A stretch of 63,895 nt of DNA, filler included, from an uncultured Methanosarcinales archaeon (GTDB taxonomy: Archaea > Nanobdellota > Nanobdellia > Woesearchaeales > JABMPP01), in NCBI GenBank assembly GCA_964604995.1. It is 7 parts of 7 records of this genome, joined end to end, with 100 filler letters (N's around TTAATTAATTAA, not from the genome) between each part and the next. Parts side by side here need not be neighbours in the genome. Positions count along the whole stretch, not along the records: positions 1 to 10,697 come from CAZSAD010000044.1; positions 10,798 to 20,880 come from CAZSAD010000045.1; 5 more parts are not named here. One strand, written 5' to 3'. The position numbers were made by a program, and so were the translations under genes. The notes beneath the pieces were generated by a model. The model did no database searches, was not told where the DNA came from, and saw nothing but the letters and a program-made list of their open reading frames with translations. Of the stretch, positions 1 to 10,799 are shown piece after piece (positions within the stretch are counted from its first letter, which is position 1; each line of letters opens with the position of its first letter).

Positions 1-1
1 T

Positions 2-2311
2 GAAGAACCACCAAAATATTCTAGTGAAAACCTAATTGAATTCTTGCAAAATAAAATACCAATTAATGTTTTAGGGGAAATTGACCAATCAATAAATCTT
101 TTTGAAGAAACAGTTAATAAAGAATACAACAGGATTGAAAGAGAAGTTGAATTCTTAAAATATACTTCTCAAAATCCAGAGTTTATAGAATATGCAGAAA
201 TGCTTGAGAGAGTTTCTGCAATAAAGGATGCTATAGATAATAGGCCTGCAAAATATAGCGGAATAGCTGCAGCAGCTAAAACATTAACAACAAAAATAGT
301 TGAGATGAGAAAAGTAAATGAATTAGTTTTAGAAACATATGATACCCAGTTAGATATTTTAGAATTAAATGAAGAATCAATTAAAATATACAGCTCAACT
401 AGTTTTCAAATTGGTACTGTAAATGAAATACCTTACTTTTCAGATATAGAAAAGGAACAAACAGATAAGATTAATAAAACAATAACGTTTTTGATGGGAA
501 GAATTAATAAGCACAAAGACAAACTGATATCTGAGCATATAATATCAATTGAAGAAAATTATGAAAGCCTTAAAGAAAAAATAGATAAATCAGTTTTGAC
601 TAGAATAAATAGTGATTATGAATTATTAAAAAAAGCTGCAAGTGCTAATTTGTGCACTTTAGATGAAAATGATTTAGTAGTGCAAAAAGCTAAACATGCA
701 CAATTATTATTGAAAAATTATGATTTCTGCCGTGTTAGTAAAGAAACTTTCCAGGGAATAAAAGATTTTGAAGAAAGATTTAATAGAGATTTAATACCTT
801 TAGAACTAGCTCCGGAACAGATTAATTTAGATGATTTAACTAATGAATTGATTATTGGAAATGTAATAGCGCTTGCTAATAGAATAAGTAATCCTGTAAA
901 AGTAACCCATTATCAAGAATATGGATGGTTAACTAAAGAACGTAATGAATCTGAAAAAAGCATATTTTTGCAGTATGAAGCAGTTGAAGGATTGGACTCT
1001 CCATTTTTTTCTTACACAAATTATGTAAATGAAAAAGATAAAAAAATTGATACACTTTTAGTTGAAAAAGTGCCAAAGCTTTTAACAAGCATACAAAAAT
1101 TACTGCCAGAAATTGAAAAGGAATTTGATAAATATCTAAATAGTAAATTTACTCTTCCAAGTGATGTAATAAAATTAAAAGAATTGTCAGAAAAGCTGAG
1201 AACTGAATATGATAACGCTAAGAGCCTAAAGGATAGTTATAATAAAATAGCCACATTCTTCGATTTTAAGATTTTGAATTTGCAGTTTGATAGTGCATAT
1301 GCACCTGCAGAGTTTAAAATAAGTGAAGAAATAAAAAATCAAAATACAAAAGAAGTAGCTAAATTTAGAGAAGAAGTGAAAAAAGAGAAAATGGAGTTTG
1401 AATCTGCTTTTGTTAAAGGAGATATTTCCTTATTAAATAAAATGACTGAAAACACAGGTGATAAAAAAGAATTAAAATCACGAGCAGATTATTTACTCAA
1501 AAAACAATTAATATTTTGGAATGAATATAATGCTGCAACTAGTATGAATTCTAATACATCAATTATGTATGATGCAAATAGTATAAGAGGGAAAGAAGAA
1601 TTATTGCAGCAAATACAAAATAGTAAAAACTTCTGGAAAGAAAACCTAAGAAAAGATAGATTGCTTGAAGATATTGCATCCAATTATAGAACTCTTGCTG
1701 GATTAAAGATTCCATTGAATGAACTGAAATGGAGAATTGGACAATTTCATTCAGAAATGATTAAAGGATGGTATAATGAACATGTATCCAAATCTGAAGA
1801 ATGGGAAAATAAACTCACTTCAGTTGCAAATGAATATTTGACAGGAATAGAGGGAAAAGATATTGAAACACAAAGAAAAATGCTTATTGCATTCAGACAA
1901 AGGGTGGGTTCAATGCTAGGATTTACCCCTGAAGTTACTGATAAATTTGGATTAATGAGAGATAAGATTGTTCCTGAAAGTGGGATATATTTTGAACCCC
2001 CGTATAATCCAGGGGGAGAAGGATTTTTTGTTTTAAAAAAAGGATTAGATAATAGAAAATTAGGGTTAGTAGAAGGCATGGGTTATGATTATGATATAAA
2101 ACTCAATAATCTTAAAAGACCAGACCTTGAAGGAAAAGTAATAGTTCATGGAACTTTAAGTCGTGCCAGTGATGCAGGTTTTATTAAAAAAGAATACAAT
2201 CTTCTAATAGATCTAATAATTACATCTTCTGCATCTTTTAAAAGAAACAACAAACTTACGCCTGAAACAGCGCAATATATCAAAGACCAGCTTGGTTTGC
2301 TTCTTCTTTAA
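2..2311 (+). CDS. Large helical hypothetical protein, 5'-truncated by the window edge
   Basis: Frame is open from base 2 to TAA at 2311; E/K-rich; no motif recognised. Confidence 0.75.
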   Translation, partial: EEPPKYSSENLIEFLQNKIPINVLGEIDQSINLFEETVNKEYNRIEREVEFLKYTSQNPEFIEYAEMLERVSAIKDAIDNRPAKYSGIAAAAKTLTTKIVEMRKVNELVLETYDTQLDILELNEESIKIYSSTSFQIGTVNEIPYFSDIEKEQTDKINKTITFLMGRINKHKDKLISEHIISIEENYESLKEKIDKSVLTRINSDYELLKKAASANLCTLDENDLVVQKAKHAQLLLKNYDFCRVSKETFQGIKDFEERFNRDLIPLELAPEQINLDDLTNELIIGNVIALANRISNPVKVTHYQEYGWLTKERNESEKSIFLQYEAVEGLDSPFFSYTNYVNEKDKKIDTLLVEKVPKLLTSIQKLLPEIEKEFDKYLNSKFTLPSDVIKLKELSEKLRTEYDNAKSLKDSYNKIATFFDFKILNLQFDSAYAPAEFKISEEIKNQNTKEVAKFREEVKKEKMEFESAFVKGDISLLNKMTENTGDKKELKSRADYLLKKQLIFWNEYNAATSMNSNTSIMYDANSIRGKEELLQQIQNSKNFWKENLRKDRLLEDIASNYRTLAGLKIPLNELKWRIGQFHSEMIKGWYNEHVSKSEEWENKLTSVANEYLTGIEGKDIETQRKMLIAFRQRVGSMLGFTPEVTDKFGLMRDKIVPESGIYFEPPYNPGGEGFFVLKKGLDNRKLGLVEGMGYDYDIKLNNLKRPDLEGKVIVHGTLSRASDAGFIKKEYNLLIDLIITSSASFKRNNKLTPETAQYIKDQLGLLLL

Positions 2312-2325
2312 TTGATTAGTTTATT

Positions 2326-5061
2326 TTACCAAGTTAAATATTTCTTGACGAATTTATTATCTTTTCTAAGAAGAAGTTTTCTTAATTCATCACCAAACAA
2401 TATCAAAAGTGCAAATGGCACAGATAACATTATTTCAAAAAAGCTTAGTGAATGTGTGCCAAAGAATTTATTTGCAGCTGGCACAAAAACAATTACAAGC
2501 AAAATTACTATTTCAGTAAATATTCCTAGCAAAACAATTTTATTATTCAAAAATCCATGTTTAAACAAAGACTGCCTTCTTGTTTTACATATAATTACAT
2601 CTGCAATTTGGCATATAATTATACTTATGAAAAATGCAGTTACTGCTTTTGCATATAATGGATCATTCCATGCAAGCTGCTGACCCCACACCCATCCTCC
2701 TTCAAATAATACGTAAAAGTAAGAGAAAAATCCAGCTGCTGCTTGAATCATCCCAATTATTCCATAAGACATGAAAAGTAGTTGAGGAGTAAGCAATCTT
2801 TCATCTTTTGATCTTGGTGGATTTTGCATAACATCAGATTCTGGTTTTTCATTTCCAAGACCAATTGCAGGAAGTATATCGGTACCAAGATCTATTGCAA
2901 GTATAAGAACAACTGTTAAGGGTAAAGGAACTTGAAGCATAACAAATGCTATGAAAGGTAATATCTCTGGAACATTACTTGTTAAAATATAAGCAATGAA
3001 TTTTTTTATATTCTCAAATATTGTTCTTCCTTCTTCAACAGCATTTACAATAGTTGCAAAATTATCATCCAAAAGTACCATGTCGCTAGCTTCCCTTGCA
3101 ACTTCAGTTCCTGAAAGCCCCATTGAAACTCCCATATCAGCTTGCTTTAGTGCTGGCGCATCATTAACTCCATCTCCGGTAACTGTAACTATTTCACCAT
3201 TTGCTTGAAATGCTTGCACAATTCTAAGTTTGTGCATTGGATTTGTTCTAGCAAAAATAAGATTAGGTAAGTTCACTGCTTTTTTTAATTTAGAATCATC
3301 CATACTATCAAGCTGATCGCCTGTTATAACTGATGCATTGCCATCAATAAGCCCAACTTTTCTTGCTATTGCTTCTGCAGTTAAACTATAATCCCCAGTA
3401 ACCATTACAACACGTATACCTGCACTTTTACATTTTTTTATTGCATCAGGGACAGCTGATCTTGGCGGATCCATCATGCCAACTAATCCTATAAATATAA
3501 AATCCTCTTCAGTTGCTTTTTCAGTTTTTGTTATCTTGTATGCGAATGCAAGTATTCTCTCGCCTCTGCTCGCGAGTCTTTTGTAATGTTCAATTATATT
3601 TTTTTTATCATTTTTTGTAAGTTTAGAAATTTTATTTTTAGATATAATTTTTGAACATAATTCAATCACAACTTCAGGTGCACCTTTTATGTAAGCTATA
3701 AGTTTATTGCCATTTTTATGAGTAGTTATCATTCTTTTGGTTTTTGAATCAAATGGAGATTCATGTACTCTTTTATCCACTTTAATCTCTGATTTTTTAT
3801 CCAATTGAACAAATTCAAGAAGTGATGTTTCAGTTGGATCACCAATAAATATATTTTTTTCTAAGTCATGCCTTGCATTATTACATGATATCATTGATTT
3901 TATCAAAAGATTCATATCTTTTTCTTTTGCAATTCCTTTTTCATCTGCAAATCTTTCATGCCCATTTACAAAAAAAGTTGTTACTGACATTTTATTTTGT
4001 GTAAGCGTGCCTGTTTTATCTGTACAAATAACAGTTGTTGAACCAAGTGTTTCAACAGATTCTAAATTTTTGATAAGTGCATTTTTCTTTGCCATTCTTT
4101 TTGATGCAATGCTTAAACACAAAGTTACTGTCGGAAGAAGACCTTCAGGAACATTTGCAACTATAATACCTATTGCAAAAATCAAACTAGCTGTCATCCT
4201 ATTGCCAAGAAATATACTAATTATAAAGAACAAAACACCAGTAATTATTGCAATTGTAGAAATTATTTTTATAAAATGTTTCAGCTCTTTTCTTAATGGA
4301 GTTTCAGTTTGAGTAGTTTGCTTTGTTAATTGTGCAATATTTCCAATTTGTGTCTGCATTCCTGTTGCATAAACAACTGCTTTGCCATTTCCTGATTGCA
4401 CCATTGTACCAGAAAAAACCATGTTTCTTGTTTCAAGAAGTTTTTCATGGGTACATTCTAATTTTCTTAGCTGCGGCTCAGATTCACCAGTTATAGGGGA
4501 ATTATCAACTTTAAGCTGATTTTGTTCTATTAATCTACCATCAGCACTTATTTTATCACCTTCTAAAACATAAATTACATCGCCAGGAACCAAAAAGCGT
4601 GATTCTATTATAACACGTTTACCATCTCTTAGAACATCAACTTTTTCAGGAAGCATATTTTTGAATGTGTCTATTATTCTTTCAGATTGATATTCTTGTA
4701 TAAATGTAAAAATAGAATTTAGTACAACAACCAAAAGTAGTGCAATTGCAATGTATAAATTTCCTTCCCCTGGAGAAATTTGTTCTGCAAAGAATGCAAG
4801 TCCGGCTCCTACAAGAAGCAAAAGAGCAAAGAAATTAGTAAATTGCTTAAGAAATTTAAACAAAGCTGTTTGTTTTTTCTTGCTTTCGAGTGAATTTTTT
4901 CCATAAATATTAAGCCTTTCTAATGCTTCTTTAGAAGATAATCCATTTTCAGAAGTGTTTAATTTCTCCAGGAAAATGTTTAAGGGTATTTTATGTGGTT
5001 CACCTAGAAGTATTTTATTATTAGCCCCCAAGATACCAGAATGATTATTTTGTAATGACAT
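2326..5061 (-). CDS. P-type cation-transporting ATPase, Na+/K+-ATPase-like (P2C)
   Basis: Motifs TGESEPQ, VANVPEGL, DKTGTLTQN, KGAPE, TGDGVNDAPAL, YILTSNVPE, DLGTD, QIADVIICKTRR; ATG 5061 preceded by GAGGAGTG. Confidence 0.93.
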   Translation of the reverse strand: MSLQNNHSGILGANNKILLGEPHKIPLNIFLEKLNTSENGLSSKEALERLNIYGKNSLESKKKQTALFKFLKQFTNFFALLLLVGAGLAFFAEQISPGEGNLYIAIALLLVVVLNSIFTFIQEYQSERIIDTFKNMLPEKVDVLRDGKRVIIESRFLVPGDVIYVLEGDKISADGRLIEQNQLKVDNSPITGESEPQLRKLECTHEKLLETRNMVFSGTMVQSGNGKAVVYATGMQTQIGNIAQLTKQTTQTETPLRKELKHFIKIISTIAIITGVLFFIISIFLGNRMTASLIFAIGIIVANVPEGLLPTVTLCLSIASKRMAKKNALIKNLESVETLGSTTVICTDKTGTLTQNKMSVTTFFVNGHERFADEKGIAKEKDMNLLIKSMISCNNARHDLEKNIFIGDPTETSLLEFVQLDKKSEIKVDKRVHESPFDSKTKRMITTHKNGNKLIAYIKGAPEVVIELCSKIISKNKISKLTKNDKKNIIEHYKRLASRGERILAFAYKITKTEKATEEDFIFIGLVGMMDPPRSAVPDAIKKCKSAGIRVVMVTGDYSLTAEAIARKVGLIDGNASVITGDQLDSMDDSKLKKAVNLPNLIFARTNPMHKLRIVQAFQANGEIVTVTGDGVNDAPALKQADMGVSMGLSGTEVAREASDMVLLDDNFATIVNAVEEGRTIFENIKKFIAYILTSNVPEILPFIAFVMLQVPLPLTVVLILAIDLGTDILPAIGLGNEKPESDVMQNPPRSKDERLLTPQLLFMSYGIIGMIQAAAGFFSYFYVLFEGGWVWGQQLAWNDPLYAKAVTAFFISIIICQIADVIICKTRRQSLFKHGFLNNKIVLLGIFTEIVILLVIVFVPAANKFFGTHSLSFFEIMLSVPFALLILFGDELRKLLLRKDNKFVKKYLTW

Positions 5062-5275
5062 AACCACTAACACTCCTCTTTTTATTACTTAAAAACATTT
5101 GAAAAATATAAATTTATAAATTAATGCAAGAACAGTTTAAATATTTAAAAGATTCGCAAATTATATATGTTGAAATAGGATATAAAAAATATATTATAGA
5201 CAGCATATAACTATTTAATATGATACACCCATAGATTATTAAATACAATCAATAAAGTATTGAATTGAAATAAAA

Positions 5276-5923
5276 ATGAGAAAAAAAGATGAGAAAAAAA
5301 TAGGAAAATCTGAAAATTTCTTTGAAAAATATTCTTTTGGTTTAGTTAGAAGAATGTACGATTGGGTACTTTCTTGGGGAAATAGCAAATATGCATCTGT
5401 TGCATTATTTGTTCTTGCATTCATTGAAGCTTCATTTTTTATTATTCCACCAGATGTTTTATTACTTTCACTTTCGGTTGCAAAACCTAAAAAATCTTTT
5501 TGGTATGGAACAATATGCACTTTAGGAAGTGTAATTGGCAGTATATTTGGATGGTTTATTGGTTTTGCACTTTATGAATCAGTTGGTAAAGCAATAATTG
5601 AAACTTTCCATTACCAGCAATATTTTACAATGGTTGGTCAAATGTATCAACAGAATGCATTTTGGTTTATTTTTACAGCAGCATTAACACCAATACCTTA
5701 CAAAGTTTTTACAATTGCAGCTGGAGTTTGGGGAATAAGTATTCCAACATTGATTTTAGCATCAATTCTTGGACGAGGTTTAAGATTTTATGGTGAATCT
5801 GCAATGATATATTTCTTCGGTCCAAAAATAAAAAAGTTTATTGATAAATATTTTAACTGGATTACAATTGCAGCTTTGGTTTTACTTATTGGTGGATTTT
5901 TTGCAATAAAATATTTGATTTGA
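5276..5923 (+). CDS. DedA/YqaA family membrane protein
   Basis: FIEASFFIIPPD and TPIPYKVFTIAAG...GRGLRF motifs. Confidence 0.9.
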   Translation: MRKKDEKKIGKSENFFEKYSFGLVRRMYDWVLSWGNSKYASVALFVLAFIEASFFIIPPDVLLLSLSVAKPKKSFWYGTICTLGSVIGSIFGWFIGFALYESVGKAIIETFHYQQYFTMVGQMYQQNAFWFIFTAALTPIPYKVFTIAAGVWGISIPTLILASILGRGLRFYGESAMIYFFGPKIKKFIDKYFNWITIAALVLLIGGFFAIKYLI

Positions 5924-6011
5924 AATAAAAAATACCATCGAAATGTTGATTTATATTGAAAGAAGATTTATATTCTGAAAGCTTTTTATAATCCACTTAA
6001 TTTTTATTTTC

Positions 6012-7169
6012 ATGGACGAATTTATATCAACTTTAATTATTATTATTATAGTTTTAATTCTTGCTAAATTATTTGGAGAGCTATTTGAAAAATTTGGCCA
6101 AAGTGCAGTTCTTGGAGAGTTAACTGTTGGTTTAATTCTTGGACCAAGTCTTTTTAACATATTAATTCCAAGTGAAAATATAGTATTCTCATTTTTGGCT
6201 GAAATTGGAGTTATTCTTTTACTATTTGAAGTTGGATTGCAATCAAATTTATATAAAATGTTAAAAGTGGGATTTCCTTCTTTGATGGTTGCAATTATTG
6301 GTGTAATTTTACCTGTAACTTTTGGATATATTTATTTTGCAATAGGAGGTTATGCAAGTTCCATTGCAATATTTGTTGGAGCAACTTTAGCTGCAACAAG
6401 TGTTGGAATAACAATGAGAGTTCTATCTGATATAAAAAAATTAAACACACAAGAAGGAAAAATAATTTTAGGTGCAGCAGTTATTGATGATGTTTTGGGG
6501 CTTATTATATTATCAATGATAACAAGTTTTGTTGAACTGCAAAAAGTATCATTTTTTGCACTTGGAAAAATTACATTTTTATCAATATTATTTCTTGTAA
6601 TAACAACTTGGGTAGGAATAAAATATGCCCCTTGGTTTTTTAAGAAAATTGCCAAAATGGAAGTTAAAGGAAGTATCATTGCTTTTGCATTTGCTTTAAG
6701 TTTAATTTTAGCAGTTGCTGCAAATTATGTGGGTCTTGCAACAGTTATTGGTGCATTTGCAGCTGGATTAATACTTGAAAGAACTGAACAAAAAAAACAT
6801 ATTTCTATAAAAATCCAACCTGTTTGTGAATTATTTGTGCCTTTATTTTTTGTTGCGGCAGGAGCGTATATGGATATAAAAGTATTTTCTGACACTAGTA
6901 AAATATTGATTGTATTATCGCTTTTAGCAATTGCAATTGTTGGTAAAGTTTTAGCAGGTTTTGGTGCAATTGGAACAAAAGCAAACAAGTTGGCAATAGG
7001 GATAGGTATGATTCCACGTGGAGAAGTTGGCTTGATATTTGCAACATATGGTCTAAAAACTGGAATTGTTGGAACATATCTTTATTCAGTTCTTGCAGCA
7101 GTAATTATTCTTACAACATTTATAACCCCACCACTTCTTGAGCCAATTATGAAAAGAATAAAGAATTAA
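6012..7169 (+). CDS. Cation:proton antiporter (CPA2, NapA-like)
   Basis: Many hydrophobic segments; ATSVGIT, GAAVIDD and GMIPRGEVG motifs. Confidence 0.92.
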   Translation: MDEFISTLIIIIIVLILAKLFGELFEKFGQSAVLGELTVGLILGPSLFNILIPSENIVFSFLAEIGVILLLFEVGLQSNLYKMLKVGFPSLMVAIIGVILPVTFGYIYFAIGGYASSIAIFVGATLAATSVGITMRVLSDIKKLNTQEGKIILGAAVIDDVLGLIILSMITSFVELQKVSFFALGKITFLSILFLVITTWVGIKYAPWFFKKIAKMEVKGSIIAFAFALSLILAVAANYVGLATVIGAFAAGLILERTEQKKHISIKIQPVCELFVPLFFVAAGAYMDIKVFSDTSKILIVLSLLAIAIVGKVLAGFGAIGTKANKLAIGIGMIPRGEVGLIFATYGLKTGIVGTYLYSVLAAVIILTTFITPPLLEPIMKRIKN

Positions 7170-7213
7170 TAATCAAACTAATAATTATAAAAAATAAAAA
7201 TTATATAAATAGA

Positions 7214-9226
7214 TTATTTCTTTTTAGAATCAATCATTTCTTTTGCTCTTTGGGTAATATGCTCAGCACTTAAACCAAAATATTTTACAAGTTCCCATGA
7301 CGCTCCTGATTCTCCGAATGTATCTTTGATTCCGATATTATCAAATACAACACCAATTCCTTCTTTTGCAATTACTGCTGCAACTAAATTTCCAAGTCCA
7401 CCAATTTGATGCTCTTCTGCAACTAAAATTGCACCGGTATCTTTTGCTGCATTAATAATTGCTTTTTTGTCAAGTGGTTTTATAGTTGAGAAATTTACAA
7501 CTCTTGCTTTAATCCCAAATTCTTCTTTTAAAATCCAAGCAGCCCTCATTGCTTCAGTAAGTTCAGGCCCATATGAAATCAAAGTTATATCTTCATTTTC
7601 TTCTTTTGATTTAATTTTATATTCAGTTGACAATTTAGTTTCAAATGCATCAATAAATTTTTCTTTTTCTCCAATATATGAAATTACTGTTGCCTTTCCA
7701 AATTTATAAGGTGTTTGTAAATGTGTAACACTTGGTGTTGCTTCTCTAGCTAGTCTAATGTAACATGGACCTTTAATTTCATCAATCATTGCTTTGGTTG
7801 CTTTTTTTGATTCAGCTGCATCACAAGGAGTTAGTAAATTCATGTTAGGTAACCCTGAAATTTGAAATAATTCTTCAAGCGCTTGATGTGTTGCACCATC
7901 TGGTCCAACAGAAATTCCACCATGTGCTCCAACAATTTTTACATTCCAATCACCATAGCAAACAGTTGTTCTAATTTGGTCAAGTGCTCTTCCTGCTGCA
8001 AAAACACCATATGTTCCAAAAAAAGGAATTTTTCCTTCTTTTGCAAAACCAGCTGCAGCAGATGTTCCTGACTGCTCAGCTATTCCCATACTAAAAAATC
8101 TATTTTTTCTCTCCTGTTTTTTTTCATAAAATAGATTTATACAAATTGAACCTGAAATATCTGCGCCAAGTGCAACAACATTTTTATTTTCATTTTGCTC
8201 AAGTTCCTCACCAAAACCAATTCTTGTTGCTTTCATATCTACTTTCATTATTGGAAGAGAATTCCACCAATAATTTCTTTTGAATTTTGGCATTTGTCTT
8301 TCAATCATAGAATCTATTTTTTTCTGATACTCTTGTGCAATTTTAATCATTTCATCTTTGGGCAAATATTCAAGTTTCATTTCTTTTAATGCTAAATCAA
8401 GCTGTTCTTTATTTGGAGCTTTTCCATGCCACCCTGCTTGATTTTCCATAAAACTAACGCCCTTTCCTTTGGTAGTATTTGCAATTATTACAGTTGGTTT
8501 TCCTTTTGTAGTTTCAGCTTCCTTAAAAGCTGTAAGTAACTCTTCTACATTATGACCATTGCATTTTATTACGTGCCAACCAAATGCTTCATATTTTTTG
8601 TCAAGCGGATCAACATCCATAACATCTTTTACCCATCCATCAATTTGCAAAAGATTTTTATCAATTATACCAATAATATTATCAAGTTTATAATGTCCTG
8701 CTGCCATAACAGCTTCCCATATTTGACCTTCTTGCTGCTCGCCATCTCCCATTAAACAAAATACTTTGTAATTTTTACCGTCTAATTTTGCAGATAATGC
8801 ATCGCCAACAGCAACACTTAATCCTTGACCTAATGAACCACATGAAAGTTCAATGCCAATGCATTTTTTCCAATCCGGATGACCTTGAAAAGGACTTTTA
8901 AGTTTTCTTAGTGTTGCAATTTCTTTAATGTCAAAATAACCAGAATATCCAAGTGAAGTATACCAAGCTGGAGCTTTATGCCCAGCTGAAAAAAACATCC
9001 TGTCCCGACCATCCCATTTTGGATCATGGGGTTTGTGTTTCATTACATTCAAAAATGCAACAGATAAAATATCCATTGCTGAAAGTGTGCCTCCAGTATG
9101 ACCCGATTGAGCACAAAAAATAGAAATTAAATTATATCCTCGCATTTCATTTGCTGCTTTCTTTAGTTCTTCAATATCAAATTTTGTTTCTTTTCCAGTT
9201 TTATCAATTATTCCCACAGTTATCAC
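7214..9226 (-). CDS. tkt: Transketolase, N- and C-terminal parts in one chain
   Basis: SGHTGG, FQGHP, GSLGQG, GDGEQQEG (TPP motif), GIAEQ, GPDGATHQ; GTG start. Confidence 0.92.
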   Translation of the reverse strand: MITVGIIDKTGKETKFDIEELKKAANEMRGYNLISIFCAQSGHTGGTLSAMDILSVAFLNVMKHKPHDPKWDGRDRMFFSAGHKAPAWYTSLGYSGYFDIKEIATLRKLKSPFQGHPDWKKCIGIELSCGSLGQGLSVAVGDALSAKLDGKNYKVFCLMGDGEQQEGQIWEAVMAAGHYKLDNIIGIIDKNLLQIDGWVKDVMDVDPLDKKYEAFGWHVIKCNGHNVEELLTAFKEAETTKGKPTVIIANTTKGKGVSFMENQAGWHGKAPNKEQLDLALKEMKLEYLPKDEMIKIAQEYQKKIDSMIERQMPKFKRNYWWNSLPIMKVDMKATRIGFGEELEQNENKNVVALGADISGSICINLFYEKKQERKNRFFSMGIAEQSGTSAAAGFAKEGKIPFFGTYGVFAAGRALDQIRTTVCYGDWNVKIVGAHGGISVGPDGATHQALEELFQISGLPNMNLLTPCDAAESKKATKAMIDEIKGPCYIRLAREATPSVTHLQTPYKFGKATVISYIGEKEKFIDAFETKLSTEYKIKSKEENEDITLISYGPELTEAMRAAWILKEEFGIKARVVNFSTIKPLDKKAIINAAKDTGAILVAEEHQIGGLGNLVAAVIAKEGIGVVFDNIGIKDTFGESGASWELVKYFGLSAEHITQRAKEMIDSKKK

Positions 9227-9287
9227 TTCATTTAAAATTTTTAAATTTTTTAAAATAAATTATGTTTCTTAATTATTTTTTCTTTGA

Positions 9288-10478
9288 TCATCTTCTTTCA
9301 ATAACTTGTTTTATTCTTTTACAACCTTCAATTATATTTTCAGTTGAAGTAGCATAACTTAGCCTTATGTATTCATTATTATCATCTGGATTTTTACTTC
9401 CAAAATGCCTATCAGATAAAACAGCAACTCCATTTTCTAAAAGTAATTTTCTTAAATCTTCTGAAGTTTTAAGTCCTAATTTTTGCATTGCATAAGTTAC
9501 ATTTGGAAAAGCATAAAATGCCCCACCAGGTTTTATACAACTAAATCCTTCAATATCGTTTAATAATTTTACAATTAAATCCCGTCTTTCCTTAAAAGTT
9601 TGAATCATTTTTTTTGAGCCACTCTGGTCTCCTGCAAATGCTTCTTTCATTGCATATTGTGCCATGTGATTTGGACAAGATTCAATATTTGTCATCCATC
9701 TTCCCATATGCTGCGAAAGTATAGGATTTGCCATAAATCCCATTCTCCATCCAGTCATGGCATAAGCTTTTGATGCACCATCCATAATAATTGTTCTTTT
9801 ATACATATTAGGCAATGATGCAATGCTAATAAATTCTTTATCGTAAGTAAGTTGCCAATATATTTCATCACTAAAAATCCAAAAGTCATGTTTTTCAGCA
9901 AGTTTTGCAATTGCTTTTAAATCATCTTCACCTAAAACTCCACCAGTCGGATTTTGAGGACTGTTTAAAACTAGCATTCTTGTTTTTTTTGTTATTCTTT
10001 TTTCAAGTTCTTCAATATCAAAACTAAAACCTTTCTTTTCAGTTAAAGGTAAAGGTACTGGAACTGCTCCATGTGCTTTTATTTGTGCTTCATAAATTGG
10101 ATATCCTGGATTTGGATAGATAACTTCTTGCCCTTGCCCATAATCAGTTGTACAAAGAACTGCAAATGCAATGAAAGGTTTTCCACCATTTGCAATCACT
10201 ACATCTTCAGGTTTGCAATCAATTTTTCTTGTTTTAGAAACAAATTCTGCAAGTGCCAATCTCACATCATATGCTCCTGCTGAATCAGTGTAATTAGTTT
10301 TGCCTTGTTTTATTGCAAGAATTCCTGCATCTTTAATATTTTGAGGAGTATCAAAATCAGGTTGACCAATGCAAAAGCTAACAATATTTTTTCCTTCTCT
10401 AACAAGTTTATTTACTTCAGCTAAAACAACAAATGCATTTTCTGTTCCGAGTCCTTTTGCCCTATTAGATATTTCCAT
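9288..10478 (-). CDS. PLP-dependent aminotransferase class I/II (aspartate aminotransferase-like)
   Basis: GQPDF, NSPQNPTG, SDEIY, SKAYAMTGWRMG, GAFYAFP, IRLSYA. Confidence 0.93.
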   Translation of the reverse strand: MEISNRAKGLGTENAFVVLAEVNKLVREGKNIVSFCIGQPDFDTPQNIKDAGILAIKQGKTNYTDSAGAYDVRLALAEFVSKTRKIDCKPEDVVIANGGKPFIAFAVLCTTDYGQGQEVIYPNPGYPIYEAQIKAHGAVPVPLPLTEKKGFSFDIEELEKRITKKTRMLVLNSPQNPTGGVLGEDDLKAIAKLAEKHDFWIFSDEIYWQLTYDKEFISIASLPNMYKRTIIMDGASKAYAMTGWRMGFMANPILSQHMGRWMTNIESCPNHMAQYAMKEAFAGDQSGSKKMIQTFKERRDLIVKLLNDIEGFSCIKPGGAFYAFPNVTYAMQKLGLKTSEDLRKLLLENGVAVLSDRHFGSKNPDDNNEYIRLSYATSTENIIEGCKRIKQVIERR

Positions 10479-10697
10479 ATTATATTTTCACCAATTAATC
10501 AATTAAAATTTAGTTTTAAATTGTATGATAAAGTATGATGTTTATAAATTTATTGTTTAAAAATTAAAAAAGTTAAAAAAATTAGAAATAGTAATTAAAA
10601 ATAATTAATAGATAATTTTTAGAATAAAAATTACAATATTTATTTAATTTAAAATTTATTTATTTAATTGAATTACAAGTTTTGTAAAAAAATCAGA

Positions 10698-10797
10698 NNN
10701 NNNNNNNNNNNNNNNNNNNNNNNNNNNNNNNNNNNNNNNNNTTAATTAATTAANNNNNNNNNNNNNNNNNNNNNNNNNNNNNNNNNNNNNNNNNNNN
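10698..10797. other. Artificial contig linker
   Basis: 100 bp of N containing TTAATTAATTAA (stops in all frames). Confidence 0.99.
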
Positions 10798-10799
10798 CA

